Below, piece by piece: positions 29,684-40,771 of a DNA stretch of 64,000 bases. Below the pieces are notes generated by a model. It ran no database searches. It was given only the letters and a program-made list of their open reading frames with translations, and had not been told where the DNA came from. The translations under genes and the position numbers were made by a program. This DNA is from Hydrurus foetidus (taxonomy: Eukaryota): contig UYFQ01000001.1 in NCBI GenBank assembly GCA_900617105.1, forward strand, positions 4,526,001 to 4,590,000, given 5' to 3'. Each line of letters starts with the position of its first letter. Positions within the stretch are counted from its first letter, which is position 1.

Positions 29684-30435
29684 ATGCAACACAAAAAAAT
29701 CGTTATTTTGGGAACCGGCGGCACCGTTGCTGGCATGGCGTCCCAAGCGGCCAGCCATATTGACTACACAGCCGCCCAGCTGGGCGAAAACCAAGTGGTG
29801 ATAGCCATCAGAGGGTTAAAAACACATGCAGGCGTGTTGACTGAGCAGCGTGCACAAATTGACAGTAAGGACATGTCTTTTAAAGTTTAGACCGCATTCG
29901 TCAGTTGTGTGCAGCACCCACTGGCCAAATAAGATGTTCAACGCATGGTGATGTCTTATGGCAGCGACACACTCTAAGAAACCTTTGACTCTGGCGGTGG
30001 GGGCGGCATCGACTACCTAAGGAAATGCGCCTAAAGTTAACATACAATTGGCCGTTAGCCCAATATAAACAGGCGCAAGTAGCTATCTAAAACATAGCAA
30101 TTTTGGGGCAACCTCACCCTTGACCATGAATTGAAATCGTTATGAATTACGCGGGAGTCAATGGGGCCGTGGTTGATGTGTTGCTTGCCCGCGGCGTGCC
30201 AGGGCTGGTCGTGGCGGGTACTGGTGACGGCATCGTCCATCAAGCTTCGGCGGCTGCTTTGCTGAGAGCGCAGACCCAGAATGCGCCGGTGGTGCGGGCC
30301 ACGCGCTGCACGCAGGGCAGGGTACTGGCAAGAGTCGATGATCGCTTGCCCATTTTATGTGCGCTAATTCCGGTCAAGGCACGAATTGAGCTGATCCTCA
30401 GCTTGATGCTCACCAGCAGTTACCCGGCGCAATAG
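29684..30435 (+). pseudogene. L-asparaginase pseudogene
   Basis: ILGTGGTVAG, then IDSKDM, in-frame stops and a degenerate SYGSDTL*ET (normally THGTDTLEET); separate C-terminal fragment GLVVAGTGDG..VVRATRC. Confidence 0.85.
30034..30099 (+). repeat. 66-bp dispersed motif copy 9 (inside asparaginase pseudogene)
   Basis: TAGCCCAATATAAACAGGCGCAAGTAGCT…TAGC. Confidence 0.82.
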
Positions 30436-30437
30436 CC

Positions 30438-30863
30438 ATGAACTTTTTTGCAGCGCTGAAGTCCAGCGTATGGGCTTATCCGGCTTTAGAAGTTATGCAT
30501 ATTTGCGGCATAGCGCTACTTTTGGGAAACCTGGTACTGCTAGAGATGCGGGTGTTTGGGCGTGGTGCGCAGCTCGACGTTAAAGCCTTAGCCAGTTTGA
30601 GTTTGGGCATTGCGGCGGCTGGGTTTTGCATGGCCGCAGCTTCGGGTTTGCTGATGTTTGCGTCTCAGGCCTCAGAGCTGCTGACCAACCGGGCTTTTAC
30701 TTTGAAGATGATTTTATTAACTGCTGCCGGTTGCAATGCCGCTTGGTTTCACGGGCGAGCATCGCTTGACAAACTCGACTGGGTAGCCAAGGTGCAGATG
30801 GTGGTCTCCAGCCTGATTTGGCTGGCCGTGGTGGCTTGTGGCCGTTGGATCGCGTATGTTTAA
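30438..30863 (+). CDS. membrane protein (DUF6644-like)
   Basis: Four hydrophobic segments; WAYP..E..H and GRWIAY motifs. Family assigned from memory. Confidence 0.7.
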   Translation: MNFFAALKSSVWAYPALEVMHICGIALLLGNLVLLEMRVFGRGAQLDVKALASLSLGIAAAGFCMAAASGLLMFASQASELLTNRAFTLKMILLTAAGCNAAWFHGRASLDKLDWVAKVQMVVSSLIWLAVVACGRWIAYV

Positions 30864-30895
30864 CACCAAAGCTTGCACAAGCTAGGGTCTTAAAC

Positions 30896-31375
30896 ATGAA
30901 TCGACGCAACGTGCTGAAAATTTCTGCGGCTTTGTCTGCTGCTGGTGTCGGCCTTCCTGCCTTGGCCCACCATGGCTGGAGCAGTTTTGACCAAGACCGG
31001 CCGATTTATCTGTAGGGCAAGGTGGTCAAGTCAGCTTGGCAAAACCCACACGCCGAACTTGAGACTGATCTGCCCGCTGGCTTCAAGCTGCCTGCTGGTC
31101 TGGCCCAGAGAACCTTGCCTGCTCAAACGGCGCGGGTAGACGGCAAAGCGCTGCTGGCCAAAGCAGTTGCGCCAACCCGCAAGGACGTGCGCTGGGAAAT
31201 TGAGCTGGCGCCGCTGAGCCGCCTGCAAGCATGGAATGTGGCCGAAATCATGCCCGGTACCAGTGTGGCTGTGCTGGGCTTTACCTTCACGGCTGAAAAA
31301 GGCGAGGCGGTGTTGCGCGCCGAATACCTGTTTGTCGCCAGCAATATCTACGCGTTGCGCTCCAGCCCCGCTTAA
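30896..31375 (+). pseudogene. DUF6152-like exported protein with a single in-frame TAG
   Basis: MNRRNVL..AHHGWSSFDQDRPIYL*GKVVKSAWQNPHAE; the two ORF-track pieces are in the same frame, with the stop at 31013-31015. Confidence 0.75.
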
Positions 31376-31411
31376 GGCTTGGGTCAAGGTTCAGGCCGAG
31401 TTTGAATAAGC

Positions 31412-32116
<705 letters not shown>

Positions 32117-32260
32117 CTAACGGTGTCTCAATTAAATCCGTTAAAGGATAGCACGCAGGTCTTCAATCGGGCTTACGGAAAACGAGCAGTTCGGCCCCAC
32201 TGCGCACAGGCCGCGCTTGCCGATTGCGCAGCTATCCGGCTAGCAAGCTAAGCAAACAGG

Positions 32261-33040
32261 CTAAGCAAACAACAAGCGCACCCGATCAAGGTCTTGCTGG
32301 GTGTCGACACCGGCGCCGGGTGCCGAAGCTGTTACGTGCACCGCAATTTTGTAGCCGTGCCATAAAGCGCGAAGCTGCTCCAGCGACTCCAGCAGCTCCA
32401 TTGGCGCTGGGCTCATCTGCGGAAAGCGCTTTAAAAAGCTGACCCGGTAGCCGTAAATGCCAATATGGCGCAGTGGCTTTGGCAGGGCGCTGCCGTTTTT
32501 CCACCAGGCCTGCGCCGCGAAATCGCGCGCATGGGGAATCGCCGATCGGCTGAAATACAGCGCCGTGCTGGCGTGGTCAAGCACCACCTTCACGACGTTT
32601 GGATTTTCAAAGTCTTCCAGCGTGTCAATTCCATGGGCGGCAGTGCTCATAGCGCAATCGGGTCTGCGGGCCAACAGAGCGGCCGTATCGGCAATCAACT
32701 GTGGATCAATCAAGGGCTCGTCACCTTGCACATTGACGACCAAGGCATCGTCTTCAAGCGCTAGCAGCTCGCAGGCCTGAGCCAGACGGTCGCTGCCGCT
32801 CGCATGATCAGCGCGCGTCAACAGCACATCTACCTTGAATTGTTTGCAGGCTTCAATGACTTCCAGGCTGTCGGTGGCAACCACTACTCGCTCAGCGCCG
32901 CTATTGCTTGCCTGCTGCGCCACCCGCACAATCATGGGCGTGCCGCCAATGTCAGCCAGTGGTTTGTTGGGCAGCCGTGTGGATGCCATTCGGGCCGGAA
33001 TCAGGGCGGTAAAGCGCGGCTGCGCTGGCGCGGTCGTCAC
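32261..33040 (-). CDS. kdsB: 3-deoxy-manno-octulosonate cytidylyltransferase
   Basis: [32 protein letters not shown]. Confidence 0.96.
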   Translation of the reverse strand: MTTAPAQPRFTALIPARMASTRLPNKPLADIGGTPMIVRVAQQASNSGAERVVVATDSLEVIEACKQFKVDVLLTRADHASGSDRLAQACELLALEDDALVVNVQGDEPLIDPQLIADTAALLARRPDCAMSTAAHGIDTLEDFENPNVVKVVLDHASTALYFSRSAIPHARDFAAQAWWKNGSALPKPLRHIGIYGYRVSFLKRFPQMSPAPMELLESLEQLRALWHGYKIAVHVTASAPGAGVDTQQDLDRVRLLFA

Positions 33041-33043
33041 CTT

Positions 33044-33226
33044 TTACAGGCCAAGTTCTTCGTCAGTCAACGTGCGCGCCTGCACTTCGAGCATCACGGG
33101 CATGCCGTCTCGAACGGGGTAGGCCAGACGCGCGCTGCGTGAAATCAGCTCTTGCGTTTCGCGGTTGTAGGTGAGCGGGCCTTTAGTGACCGGGCAAACC
33201 AAGAGTTCGAGTAATTTGGGTTCCAT
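33044..33226 (-). CDS. ycaR: Trm112-like protein (YcaR)
   Basis: [25 protein letters not shown]; lpxK-ycaR-kdsB synteny. Confidence 0.9.
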   Translation of the reverse strand: MEPKLLELLVCPVTKGPLTYNRETQELISRSARLAYPVRDGMPVMLEVQARTLTDEELGL

Positions 33227-33256
33227 AGCGTGATGGTAATGCCTGCGGGCTGCGCG

Positions 33257-34297
33257 TCACTCGGTTGGCAGGCGCAAGGCTTTTTCCAAGGCCGTAAAAA
33301 ACGCAGGCTCTGGGGTAAAAAGCAGCGGAACCGCCAAAACCCGCACGTCAGGGCGCTGCGCCAATTGGAAGATTTTGACGGCGTCTTTTTCGGTACACAG
33401 CACGGTCAGATGTGCTTCGCCGAGCCGCTTCAAGCTCGCCAAGTCAAAGCGACTGAAATCAGCATGATCAGGCATCGCCACCGTTCGGCTGAGCGATAAA
33501 CCCTTTGCGCGCAGCATGTCAAAAAAAGCTTCGGGGTGAGCAATGCCAGCTAACGCGATCAGCACGGCTTGGTTAGCCTGACTCGTTTGCAGGCTGGCTA
33601 GGGGAACCCGCGTACCGTTTGCTGCGACAGCATGGCCAGCCAGCTCGCGCCGCGATACAAACCCCGAAAAAGCCGGTTTAACACCCGTGTGCAAAACCAA
33701 AGGTGCCGCGCTTTGCCCGTGTAGCGGCCATGGCTGGCGAAGTGGCCCAGCCGGCAGCAGCCAGCCGTTGCCCAAGCCGCCGTCATCAAACACAACAACA
33801 TTCACCGTGCGCGACAAGCGCAGGTGTTGCAGCCCGTCATCGCAGATGAGCAAGCGCGTTTGTGGGTAGACTGCCAGCAGAGCTTTGGCTGCCGTAAGCC
33901 TGTCAGTTGCTACAAATACAGGAGCTGCTCTCGCCCGTTTTATAAGGGCTGGCTCGTCGCCAGACTCGTCAATGGGCGTGTTTTCAAGCACTTCCTGGCA
34001 GTCTGAGCGGTTTCGCCCGTAACCGCGTGACACCACTCCTACCTTGATGCCTTGGTTTGAAAAATAAGCCACCAGCGCCATCACCAGCGGTGTTTTTCCG
34101 CCGCCGCCAGCCACCACGTTTCCAACAACGATGGTGGGCACACCCGCTTGTTTCACAGAACAAATGCCGCGTGCGTACAGCCAGGCTCGCAAGCTAATGA
34201 GTGCGCCATAGAACTGCGCAATTGGCCACAGCGCACAGGCCAGTGGGCCGCGGCTTTTCCAGGCGCGTTGCAAGGCAGAAGTTAACAATGAGCTCAC
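33257..34297 (-). CDS. lpxK: tetraacyldisaccharide 4'-kinase
   Basis: VGN..GGGGKTP, SRGYG, GDEP, DDGLQH, TEKDAVK. Confidence 0.95.
   Translation of the reverse strand: MSSLLTSALQRAWKSRGPLACALWPIAQFYGALISLRAWLYARGICSVKQAGVPTIVVGNVVAGGGGKTPLVMALVAYFSNQGIKVGVVSRGYGRNRSDCQEVLENTPIDESGDEPALIKRARAAPVFVATDRLTAAKALLAVYPQTRLLICDDGLQHLRLSRTVNVVVFDDGGLGNGWLLPAGPLRQPWPLHGQSAAPLVLHTGVKPAFSGFVSRRELAGHAVAANGTRVPLASLQTSQANQAVLIALAGIAHPEAFFDMLRAKGLSLSRTVAMPDHADFSRFDLASLKRLGEAHLTVLCTEKDAVKIFQLAQRPDVRVLAVPLLFTPEPAFFTALEKALRLPTE
33908..33973 (-). repeat. 66-bp dispersed motif copy 10 (inside lpxK CDS)
   Basis: Minus strand CAGCCCTTATAAAACGGGCGAGAGCAGCT…TAGC. Confidence 0.75.
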
Positions 34298-34367
34298 GAT
34301 GCGGTGGGCGAGCCGTCAGTTGCCGGAGCCGGGCCTGATTGACCGCACATGGGCAGTTTGCGCCTGC

Positions 34368-34796
34368 TCAGCGCGGGCCGGCTTGCGCAGCGCTTTGCGT
34401 TGCAAAGGTGATCTGGCTGAACCCGCTGCGCCGGGCGGCTTCCATCACCGTGATAACGGCTTGATGAGTCGCGCTGGCGTCGGCGCTGATGATGATGATG
34501 CTGTCTTTACCGGCCGTAGCGCCCAGCGTGAGTGCCTCGCCAATGGCCTGCAACGATCGGCCCTCTACCGGGGTTTTATTGACCATATAACGCCCATCGC
34601 TGCTCACGGCCACGATGACTTCTTTAGGGTAATCACGCTGCTTTTCGGCATCAGCCAACGGCAGCTTGATCTGTAGCTCGGTGAACTTGCTGTAAGTCGT
34701 TGACAGCATGAGAAAAATGAGTACCACCAACAGTACGTCAATGAACGGAATCAAATTGATTTCCGGCTCGTCGCGGTTGCTTTTTCTGAAGTTCAT
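34368..34796 (-). CDS. exbD: biopolymer transport protein ExbD/TolR
   Basis: EINLIPFIDVLLVVLIF. Confidence 0.9.
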   Translation of the reverse strand: MNFRKSNRDEPEINLIPFIDVLLVVLIFLMLSTTYSKFTELQIKLPLADAEKQRDYPKEVIVAVSSDGRYMVNKTPVEGRSLQAIGEALTLGATAGKDSIIIISADASATHQAVITVMEAARRSGFSQITFATQSAAQAGPR

Positions 34797-34827
34797 GGCG
34801 TGTTGTGTTTAAGCTGGCCCACGGCCA

Positions 34828-35466
34828 TTAGAACTTGCGCAGGCTGTTGAGGTGGCGCAAAAACCGTTCGGACGCCAGTTCCATCGACAGCAAATAGCCG
34901 TCCACGCGCCCCCTGAAATAGCGCCAGAAGATAAGCGACGGTATCGCCACAATCAAGCCAAATGCCGTGTTGTACAGCGCAATAGAAATACCTTGCGCCA
35001 ACTGCGCCGGGTTTGCGCCGCCAGTGCTTACCGCTCCGCCACCGGCTTGGGAGCCAAAAATCTCAATCATGCCAATTACCGTGCCCAGCAGGCCGAGCAG
35101 TGGCGCTGCTGAAGCAATGGTGGCTAGCGCGGCCAGGTAGCGCTCTAGTCCGTGGGCAGCTTGCCGGCCTGCGCCCTCGATGGTGGCGCGCAGGTCGCTT
35201 TCACTGATGCGGGGGTTTGCGTTAAGTGCCCGAAAGCCGCTGGCCAGCACTTGGCCCAGCGCGGAGTTTTGTTCAAGTTGGGTCACTACATCCGGCGCAG
35301 GCACGGTGCCGCGCGACACGGTAATGGCTTCGTCAAGCAGCGTTGGCGGCACCACTTTTGCCGTTTTAAGGCTGCTAAAGCGCTCAATGACCAGTGCTAA
35401 CGCCAAAATTGAGCACCCAATCAGCGGCCAAATCGGCCAACCTGCGGCTTGTATGATTGAAAACAA
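34828..35466 (-). CDS. exbB: MotA/TolQ/ExbB proton channel protein
   Basis: APLLGLLGTV and GISIALYNTAFGL; probable TTG start at 35466. Confidence 0.9.
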   Translation of the reverse strand: MFSIIQAAGWPIWPLIGCSILALALVIERFSSLKTAKVVPPTLLDEAITVSRGTVPAPDVVTQLEQNSALGQVLASGFRALNANPRISESDLRATIEGAGRQAAHGLERYLAALATIASAAPLLGLLGTVIGMIEIFGSQAGGGAVSTGGANPAQLAQGISIALYNTAFGLIVAIPSLIFWRYFRGRVDGYLLSMELASERFLRHLNSLRKF

Positions 35467-35541
35467 CGCGTCTCTCCGAACAAATAAACTGGCTGAATTA
35501 TGGCCTACGCTTTCATCTTGACTTTTAAATTTCAGCCGATT

Positions 35542-35576
35542 CAATGCACAAAAAGTGTGAATAACTTTGTGGACAA
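35542..35576. promoter_or_regulatory. cluster of three DnaA-box-like 9-mers (DARS-like core)
   Basis: CAATGCACA-N5-TGTGAATAA-N3-TGTGGACAA; the middle box is a perfect TTWTNCACA on the minus strand. Confidence 0.5.
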
Positions 35577-35780
35577 CTCAGTGCTGAACTGCCTCAACCC
35601 CACGCCTGCGTTGGGCTCGCCCTCATTGGCGCAAAATTCAGCACTGGAAAGGCCATATAGATCAACGGCTTGCACCAGCTTGCGGGTGGTTGGGCTGCGT
35701 TGTATGGCGGCGCTTGCCAAATTGGCGGCTTGGATAAATCGCTCAGTAAATTCGTCTTGGCCCAAGCCTACGGGTGTTCC

Positions 35781-37076
35781 GTGCTGACGCCTGAAAGCCC
35801 TGGCGCCGAGCGCAAATCGGGCATCAAGGTATGGCCGGTTGCGTCGCTGCTCAGGGCGATTGCCGATAGCCTGGAGGCCCGATTTAACCCCGTAGCGGTT
35901 CAGGGCGAAATCTCTGGCTTTTCACGCGCTGCCAGCGGGCATTGTTATTTTTCGCTGAAAGACGGTGATGCACAAATTCGCTGTGCCATGTTTCGGCGCG
36001 CTGCTACTTTGCTGGACTTTGCCCCGCGCGACGGGCAATTGGTAGAGCTGCGCGGACGCTTGGGCGTGTACGACTCGCGCGGCGAGCTCCAGCTGGTGGT
36101 TGAGGCGATGCGCCAAGCCGGGCAGGGTACCTTGTTTGAGCAATTTCTAAAGCTAAAAGCCTTGCTTGAAGCGCAAGGTTTATTTGATGCCAGCCGCAAA
36201 CGGCCGCTGCCGTTGATGCCCAAAGCCATCGGCGTGGTGACCTCACTTGGCGCGGCAGCGCTGCACGACGTGGTGACCACGCTGCAGCGCCGGGTGCCGC
36301 ACATACCGGTGCTGATTTACCCGGCAACCGTGCAGGGCGCGCAAGCCGCTGGCGAGCTGCGTTCCGCTCTGCAGCTGGCATTCGAGCGCCACGAAGTCGA
36401 TGTGCTGCTGCTGGTGCGCGGCGGCGGTGCCATGGAAGATTTGTGGGCATTTAATGACGAGCAATTGGCCCGAACCATAGTGCAGTCGCCCATGCCCATC
36501 ATCAGCGGCGTAGGCCATGAAACAGATTTCACCATTGCCGACTTTTGTGCTGATGTTCGCGCGCCAACGCCCACTGCGGCGGCCGAGCTTTGTGCGCAGC
36601 CACAAGCGGTGTGGCTCAATGTGCTCGACGCCATTGAGGAGCGGCTGCAAAACGGGGTTGACCAACAAGTGCAGGCCAGCGCTCAGCGGCTTGACTTGGC
36701 TTGCGCACGCTTTAGTCAGCCGTCTCATTTCGTTACGCGTCAGCAGTCAAGGTTGGCCCTGCAAGCGCAAAAGCTAAAGCATGCTGAGGGCGCTGCGCTG
36801 GCTAGCGCGCGGGCTGGCCTGGACGCTTCAGGCCGCGATTTCACCTTTGCATCAAGCAGCGCGCTGGCGCAACATAAAAGGCGTCTTGAAAGCGCTGATT
36901 TGCGGCTGGACTTGCTCAATCCGAAGCTGGTGCTTGAGCGCGGCTACGCCTGGCTGGTCGACACGCAAGGCAAGGCCATCACGCGGGTTAAAGACACCCA
37001 GCCCGGCCAAGCGGTTCGCGCTACCCTTACCGATGGCGAGGTCGATTTGAAAGTCACGAGTCCCCGGCTGATTTAG
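35781..37076 (+). CDS. xseA: exodeoxyribonuclease VII large subunit
   Basis: GEISG..SGHCYFSLKD, RGGG..EDLWAFN, GVGHETD, APTPTAAAE; GTG start approximate. Confidence 0.95.
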   Translation: MLTPESPGAERKSGIKVWPVASLLRAIADSLEARFNPVAVQGEISGFSRAASGHCYFSLKDGDAQIRCAMFRRAATLLDFAPRDGQLVELRGRLGVYDSRGELQLVVEAMRQAGQGTLFEQFLKLKALLEAQGLFDASRKRPLPLMPKAIGVVTSLGAAALHDVVTTLQRRVPHIPVLIYPATVQGAQAAGELRSALQLAFERHEVDVLLLVRGGGAMEDLWAFNDEQLARTIVQSPMPIISGVGHETDFTIADFCADVRAPTPTAAAELCAQPQAVWLNVLDAIEERLQNGVDQQVQASAQRLDLACARFSQPSHFVTRQQSRLALQAQKLKHAEGAALASARAGLDASGRDFTFASSSALAQHKRRLESADLRLDLLNPKLVLERGYAWLVDTQGKAITRVKDTQPGQAVRATLTDGEVDLKVTSPRLI

Positions 37077-37148
37077 TTTTTACAATAAAACTGGTAAGCT
37101 TTTCAAAGCCTTAAAACTAAGTCGTATCAACCCCACCAAGGAATAATC

Positions 37149-37730
37149 ATGGAACACAAACTCCCCGCATTGCCTTACGCCATCGACGCACTGGCCCCCA
37201 ACTACAGCCAGGAAGCGGTTGAGTACCACCACGGCAAGCACCACAACGCGTATGTGGTCAACCTCAATAACCTGCAAAAGGGCACTGAGTTCGAAGCCAT
37301 GACGCTGGAAGACATCATCAAAAAATCAAGCGGCGGCGTTTACAACAACGCGGCTCAAATCTGGAACCACACCTTTTTCTGGAGCTGCATGAAGCCTGCC
37401 GGCGGCGGTGAGCCTTCTGGTGCGCTGGCAACGGCGATCAATGCCAAATTTGGCTCTTACGCTGCTTTTAAAGAAGCGTTTGTCAAATCTGCTGTGGGCA
37501 ACTTTGGCTCGGGATGGACGTGGCTGGTCAAAAAAGCTGACGGTTCAGTTGATATTGTTAACACCGGCCCAGCTGGCACACCGCTAACCACCGCTGACAA
37601 AGCATTGATGACCGTTGATGTATGGGAGCATGCTTACTACATCGACTACCGTAATGCGCGGCCAAAGTTTGTAGAAACTTACCTTGCCAGTTTGGTGAAC
37701 TGGAGCTTTGCTGAAGCCAACTTCGCCTGA
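37149..37730 (+). CDS. sodB: Fe-superoxide dismutase
   Basis: HHGKHH, NNAAQIWNH (Fe type), DVWEHAYY. Confidence 0.95.
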   Translation: MEHKLPALPYAIDALAPNYSQEAVEYHHGKHHNAYVVNLNNLQKGTEFEAMTLEDIIKKSSGGVYNNAAQIWNHTFFWSCMKPAGGGEPSGALATAINAKFGSYAAFKEAFVKSAVGNFGSGWTWLVKKADGSVDIVNTGPAGTPLTTADKALMTVDVWEHAYYIDYRNARPKFVETYLASLVNWSFAEANFA

Positions 37731-37758
37731 TTTTTATTGGCAGATTTCGGTCGCTAAA

Positions 37759-37789
37759 CAAAAAGCCGACTTTTGAGTCGGCTTTTTTA
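37759..37789. terminator. bidirectional Rho-independent terminator
   Basis: AAAAAGCCGAC-TTTTGA-GTCGGCTTTTTT between convergent genes. Confidence 0.8.
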
Positions 37790-38257
37790 TTTCTGAACTT
37801 GAAACAGCGAACCCTGCAATTGGCTCCCGGCCTTGATTCCTTTTTTGGCAAACCAGCCTTTGTTCATTTCTAGTACGTAGCGCACAGGCTTTGCCGAACA
37901 ATGGGCGTCAAGCACCAATGGCTTCATGTCTTCAATATTGACGATGGTGCCGTCATCGGCAATAAACGCTGCGCTTAGCGGTAACAGCGTGTTTTTCATC
38001 CAAAAGCACTGCTGTGCGGGCTGGTCAAATACAAAGATCATGCCTTCGTGCTGAGGCATGTCTTTGCGAAACATCAGCCCGATTTGGCGTTGTTCGGGTG
38101 TGGCGGCGACCTGAACGTCTATCCGGTGCATGCCCGAGGCCAGTTTGACGCGTTCAAGCGTTAACTGCGGCGCGACTTGCGCGCAGGAGGCCAGCGAAGT
38201 GGCTAGCAAAGCGACTAAAACGAAGGTTTCGGCGGCGAGTGGCAGTTTTAACTTCAT
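37787..38257 (-). CDS. DUF192 family exported protein
   Basis: GLMFRK.M..GMIFVF, FWMKNT..PLS.AFI, YVLEMN.G; start at ATG 38257. Confidence 0.88.
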   Translation of the reverse strand: MKLKLPLAAETFVLVALLATSLASCAQVAPQLTLERVKLASGMHRIDVQVAATPEQRQIGLMFRKDMPQHEGMIFVFDQPAQQCFWMKNTLLPLSAAFIADDGTIVNIEDMKPLVLDAHCSAKPVRYVLEMNKGWFAKKGIKAGSQLQGSLFQVQK

Positions 38258-38334
38258 GGCGACAACCGACGGTTCATATGTCAATAAGCCCCAGCATAAA
38301 CCAGCAACTTGAAGGCATGCGGTTTGATGGGCCA

Positions 38335-38367
38335 TAAAAAATGCCCGCACTAGGCGAGCATTTTTTG
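38335..38367 (-). terminator. Rho-independent terminator
   Basis: AAAAAATGCCCGC..GCGAGCATTTTTT after the Ala/Lys-rich gene. Confidence 0.7.
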
Positions 38368-38381
38368 GTGTCAACAGCTAA

Positions 38382-38705
38382 TTATTTAGCAGCTGGCTTT
38401 TCAGCTTTTTTGGCGGCCATTGCAGCGGCTTTTTCTTTTTTGGCAGCAGCAGCTTTTTCTTTCTTGGCGGCTTTAGCAGCAGCTTTTTCTTCTTTTGTCA
38501 TGGCAGCTTTTGCAGCTGGCTTGGCATCAGCCTTCGCAGCTGGAGCAGCAGCAGCAGGTGCAGCAGCAGCAGCAGCAGCAGCAGGTGCAGCAGCCATTGC
38601 TGGCTTGGCAGCCGAAGCGCCGGCCATAGGAGCGCCAGCGTGGGAAGCGGCGAATGCGCCGACAGCAAACAGGCTAGAAATCAAAGCAGCGAGGATTTTG
38701 TTCAT
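38382..38705 (-). CDS. small Ala/Lys-rich exported protein
   Basis: Signal peptide MNKILAALISSLFAVGAFA, low-complexity A/K/P body, own terminator. Confidence 0.8.
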   Translation of the reverse strand: MNKILAALISSLFAVGAFAASHAGAPMAGASAAKPAMAAAPAAAAAAAAPAAAAPAAKADAKPAAKAAMTKEEKAAAKAAKKEKAAAAKKEKAAAMAAKKAEKPAAK

Positions 38706-38911
38706 TTGGAGGTTCCTGAAATAACGTTATTGGAGAAAATACCCCGAAATTTTCGGAGGCATAGCTGTAACGAGGGTGCTTTGCAATCGGTTGACACGCC
38801 GTGCGATTTTTTTGACAGAAAAACTTTGCGGCTAGAATTTAGGGGTTTTCACCTAAAACGTGACTGCGTACGCGTTGGCCTACCCACACAAATAACGGAG
38901 ACTTTCCATAT

Positions 38912-40165
38912 ATGTACAAACACATTAAAGTGCCTGCCCAAGGCCACAAAATCACCGTCAACGCCGATAACTCGTTGAATGTGCCGGACGAGCCGGTCAT
39001 TCCGTTCATTGAAGGCGACGGTACGGGCCAAGACATCACGCCGGTCATGCTCAAAGTAGTTGACGCCGCTGTGGCCAAAGCTTATGGCGGCAAGCGAAAA
39101 ATCCACTGGATGGAAGTCTACGCAGGCGAAAAATCAACCAAAGTTTACGGCCCTGACGTTTGGTTGCCTGAAGAAACGCTGCATGCCGTGCGCGACTATG
39201 TGGTGTCGATCAAAGGCCCGCTGACCACCCCAGTAGGCGGCGGCATTCGCAGTTTGAATGTAGCGATGCGACAAGAGCTTGATTTGTACGTTTGCCTGCG
39301 GCCTATCCAATACTTCAAAGGCGTGCCGTCACCCGTCAAGGAGCCTGAAAAAACCCACATGGTGATTTTTCGTGAAAACTCGGAAGACATTTATGCTGGC
39401 ATTGAGTTTGAAGCTGGCAGCGACAAGGCTAAAAAGCTGATCAAGTTTTTGCAAGACGAAATGGGCGTCAAAAAAATTCGTTTCCCCAACACCTCAGGCA
39501 TTGGCATCAAGCCAGTGTCGAGTGAAGGCACCGAGCGCTTGATGCGCAAAGCCATCCAGTACACCATCGACAATGACAAGCCCAGCGTGACCATCGTGCA
39601 CAAAGGCAACATCATGAAGTACACCGAAGGCGGCTTTCGTGACTGGGCTTACGCGCTGGCGCAAAAAGAGTTTGGCGCTGAACTGATCGACGGCGGCCCG
39701 TGGTGCAAATTCAAAAACCCAAAAACGGGCAAAGAAATCATCGTCAAAGACGTCATTGCCGACGCGTTTTTGCAGCAAATTTTGCTTCGCCCAGCCGAAT
39801 ACTCAGTTGTGGCCACGCTTAATTTGAACGGCGACTACATTTCTGATGCGCTGGCCGCGCAGGTAGGCGGCATTGGCATTGCACCAGGCGCCAATTTGTC
39901 AGACACCGTGGCCTGCTTTGAAGCAACGCACGGCACCGCGCCAAAATACGCCGGCAAAGACTACGTTAACCCGGGTTCGGAGATTTTGTCGGCAGAAATG
40001 ATGCTGCGACACATGGGCTGGTTTGAAGCTGCAGACCTCATCATCAGCTCAATGGAAAAGTCTATTGCGTCGAAAAAAGTAACGTACGACTTTGCGCGCC
40101 TGATGGAAGGCGCCACGCAAGTCAGCTGCTCAGGCTTTGGCCAGGTGATGATTGACCACATGTAA
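38912..40165 (+). CDS. icd: NADP-dependent isocitrate dehydrogenase
   Basis: [36 protein letters not shown]. Confidence 0.97.
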   Translation: MYKHIKVPAQGHKITVNADNSLNVPDEPVIPFIEGDGTGQDITPVMLKVVDAAVAKAYGGKRKIHWMEVYAGEKSTKVYGPDVWLPEETLHAVRDYVVSIKGPLTTPVGGGIRSLNVAMRQELDLYVCLRPIQYFKGVPSPVKEPEKTHMVIFRENSEDIYAGIEFEAGSDKAKKLIKFLQDEMGVKKIRFPNTSGIGIKPVSSEGTERLMRKAIQYTIDNDKPSVTIVHKGNIMKYTEGGFRDWAYALAQKEFGAELIDGGPWCKFKNPKTGKEIIVKDVIADAFLQQILLRPAEYSVVATLNLNGDYISDALAAQVGGIGIAPGANLSDTVACFEATHGTAPKYAGKDYVNPGSEILSAEMMLRHMGWFEAADLIISSMEKSIASKKVTYDFARLMEGATQVSCSGFGQVMIDHM

Positions 40166-40190
40166 TTGCGCCGGCTTTTGCTGCGCAGTC

Positions 40191-40227
40191 AAAAACCGCA
40201 TCGGGGCAACCCGGCGCGGTTTTTTTA
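40191..40227 (+). terminator. Rho-independent terminator
   Basis: AAAAACCGC..GCGGTTTTTTTT after icd. Confidence 0.7.
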
Positions 40228-40318
40228 ATGGGGCGCTTGAATGTCGCACCCGCGCCACCATTTCTTTTTCTATGCCCCCATTGCACACGGGCGCCAAGCT
40301 GTGGCTAGAATGAAATTC

Positions 40319-40687
40319 ATGGCGACGAACCCCCCCAAAAGCCCGCAATCTCCCCAACCTCCTGGCTATAAGCCTGAAGACGACAGTGGCGGCACGGTAT
40401 TGCTGGAGCGCAGACCGCAAAAAACAAAACCGCCGCAAATGTTCCAGGTGGTTTTGCTCAACGACGACTACACGCCGATGGAGTTTGTTGTCATGGTGAT
40501 TCAGGAATTTTTTAATAAAGACCGCGAAACGGCGACGCAGATCATGCTCAAAATCCACTTGGACGGTAAGGGCGTTTGTGGTGTGTTTTCCAAAGACGTT
40601 GCCGCCACCAAGGTTGATCAGGTCAGCGAAGCGGCCCGCAAGCATGGGCATCCGCTGCAGTGCGTGAGCGAACCCATTGAATTGTGA
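40319..40687 (+). CDS. clpS: Clp protease adaptor ClpS
   Basis: [19 protein letters not shown]; start approximate. Confidence 0.95.
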   Translation: MATNPPKSPQSPQPPGYKPEDDSGGTVLLERRPQKTKPPQMFQVVLLNDDYTPMEFVVMVIQEFFNKDRETATQIMLKIHLDGKGVCGVFSKDVAATKVDQVSEAARKHGHPLQCVSEPIEL

Positions 40688-40771
40688 ATATCATGACCCA
40701 TATTCACACGGTACAAGTCTTGATAGTTAGTTTTAGTCTGTAGTAAACGTAGCAAGCTCGAAGGAAACCAA

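Noticed and set aside
31013..31015. Pyrrolysine or stop-codon reassignment at the in-frame TAG
   Set aside because: TAG is a normal stop in several genes here (boxC, upp, xseA) and no pyl genes are present.
32248..32271. Tandem 12-bp duplication GCTAAGCAAACA at the kdsB stop
   Set aside because: A single short duplication with no associated element; probably replication slippage.
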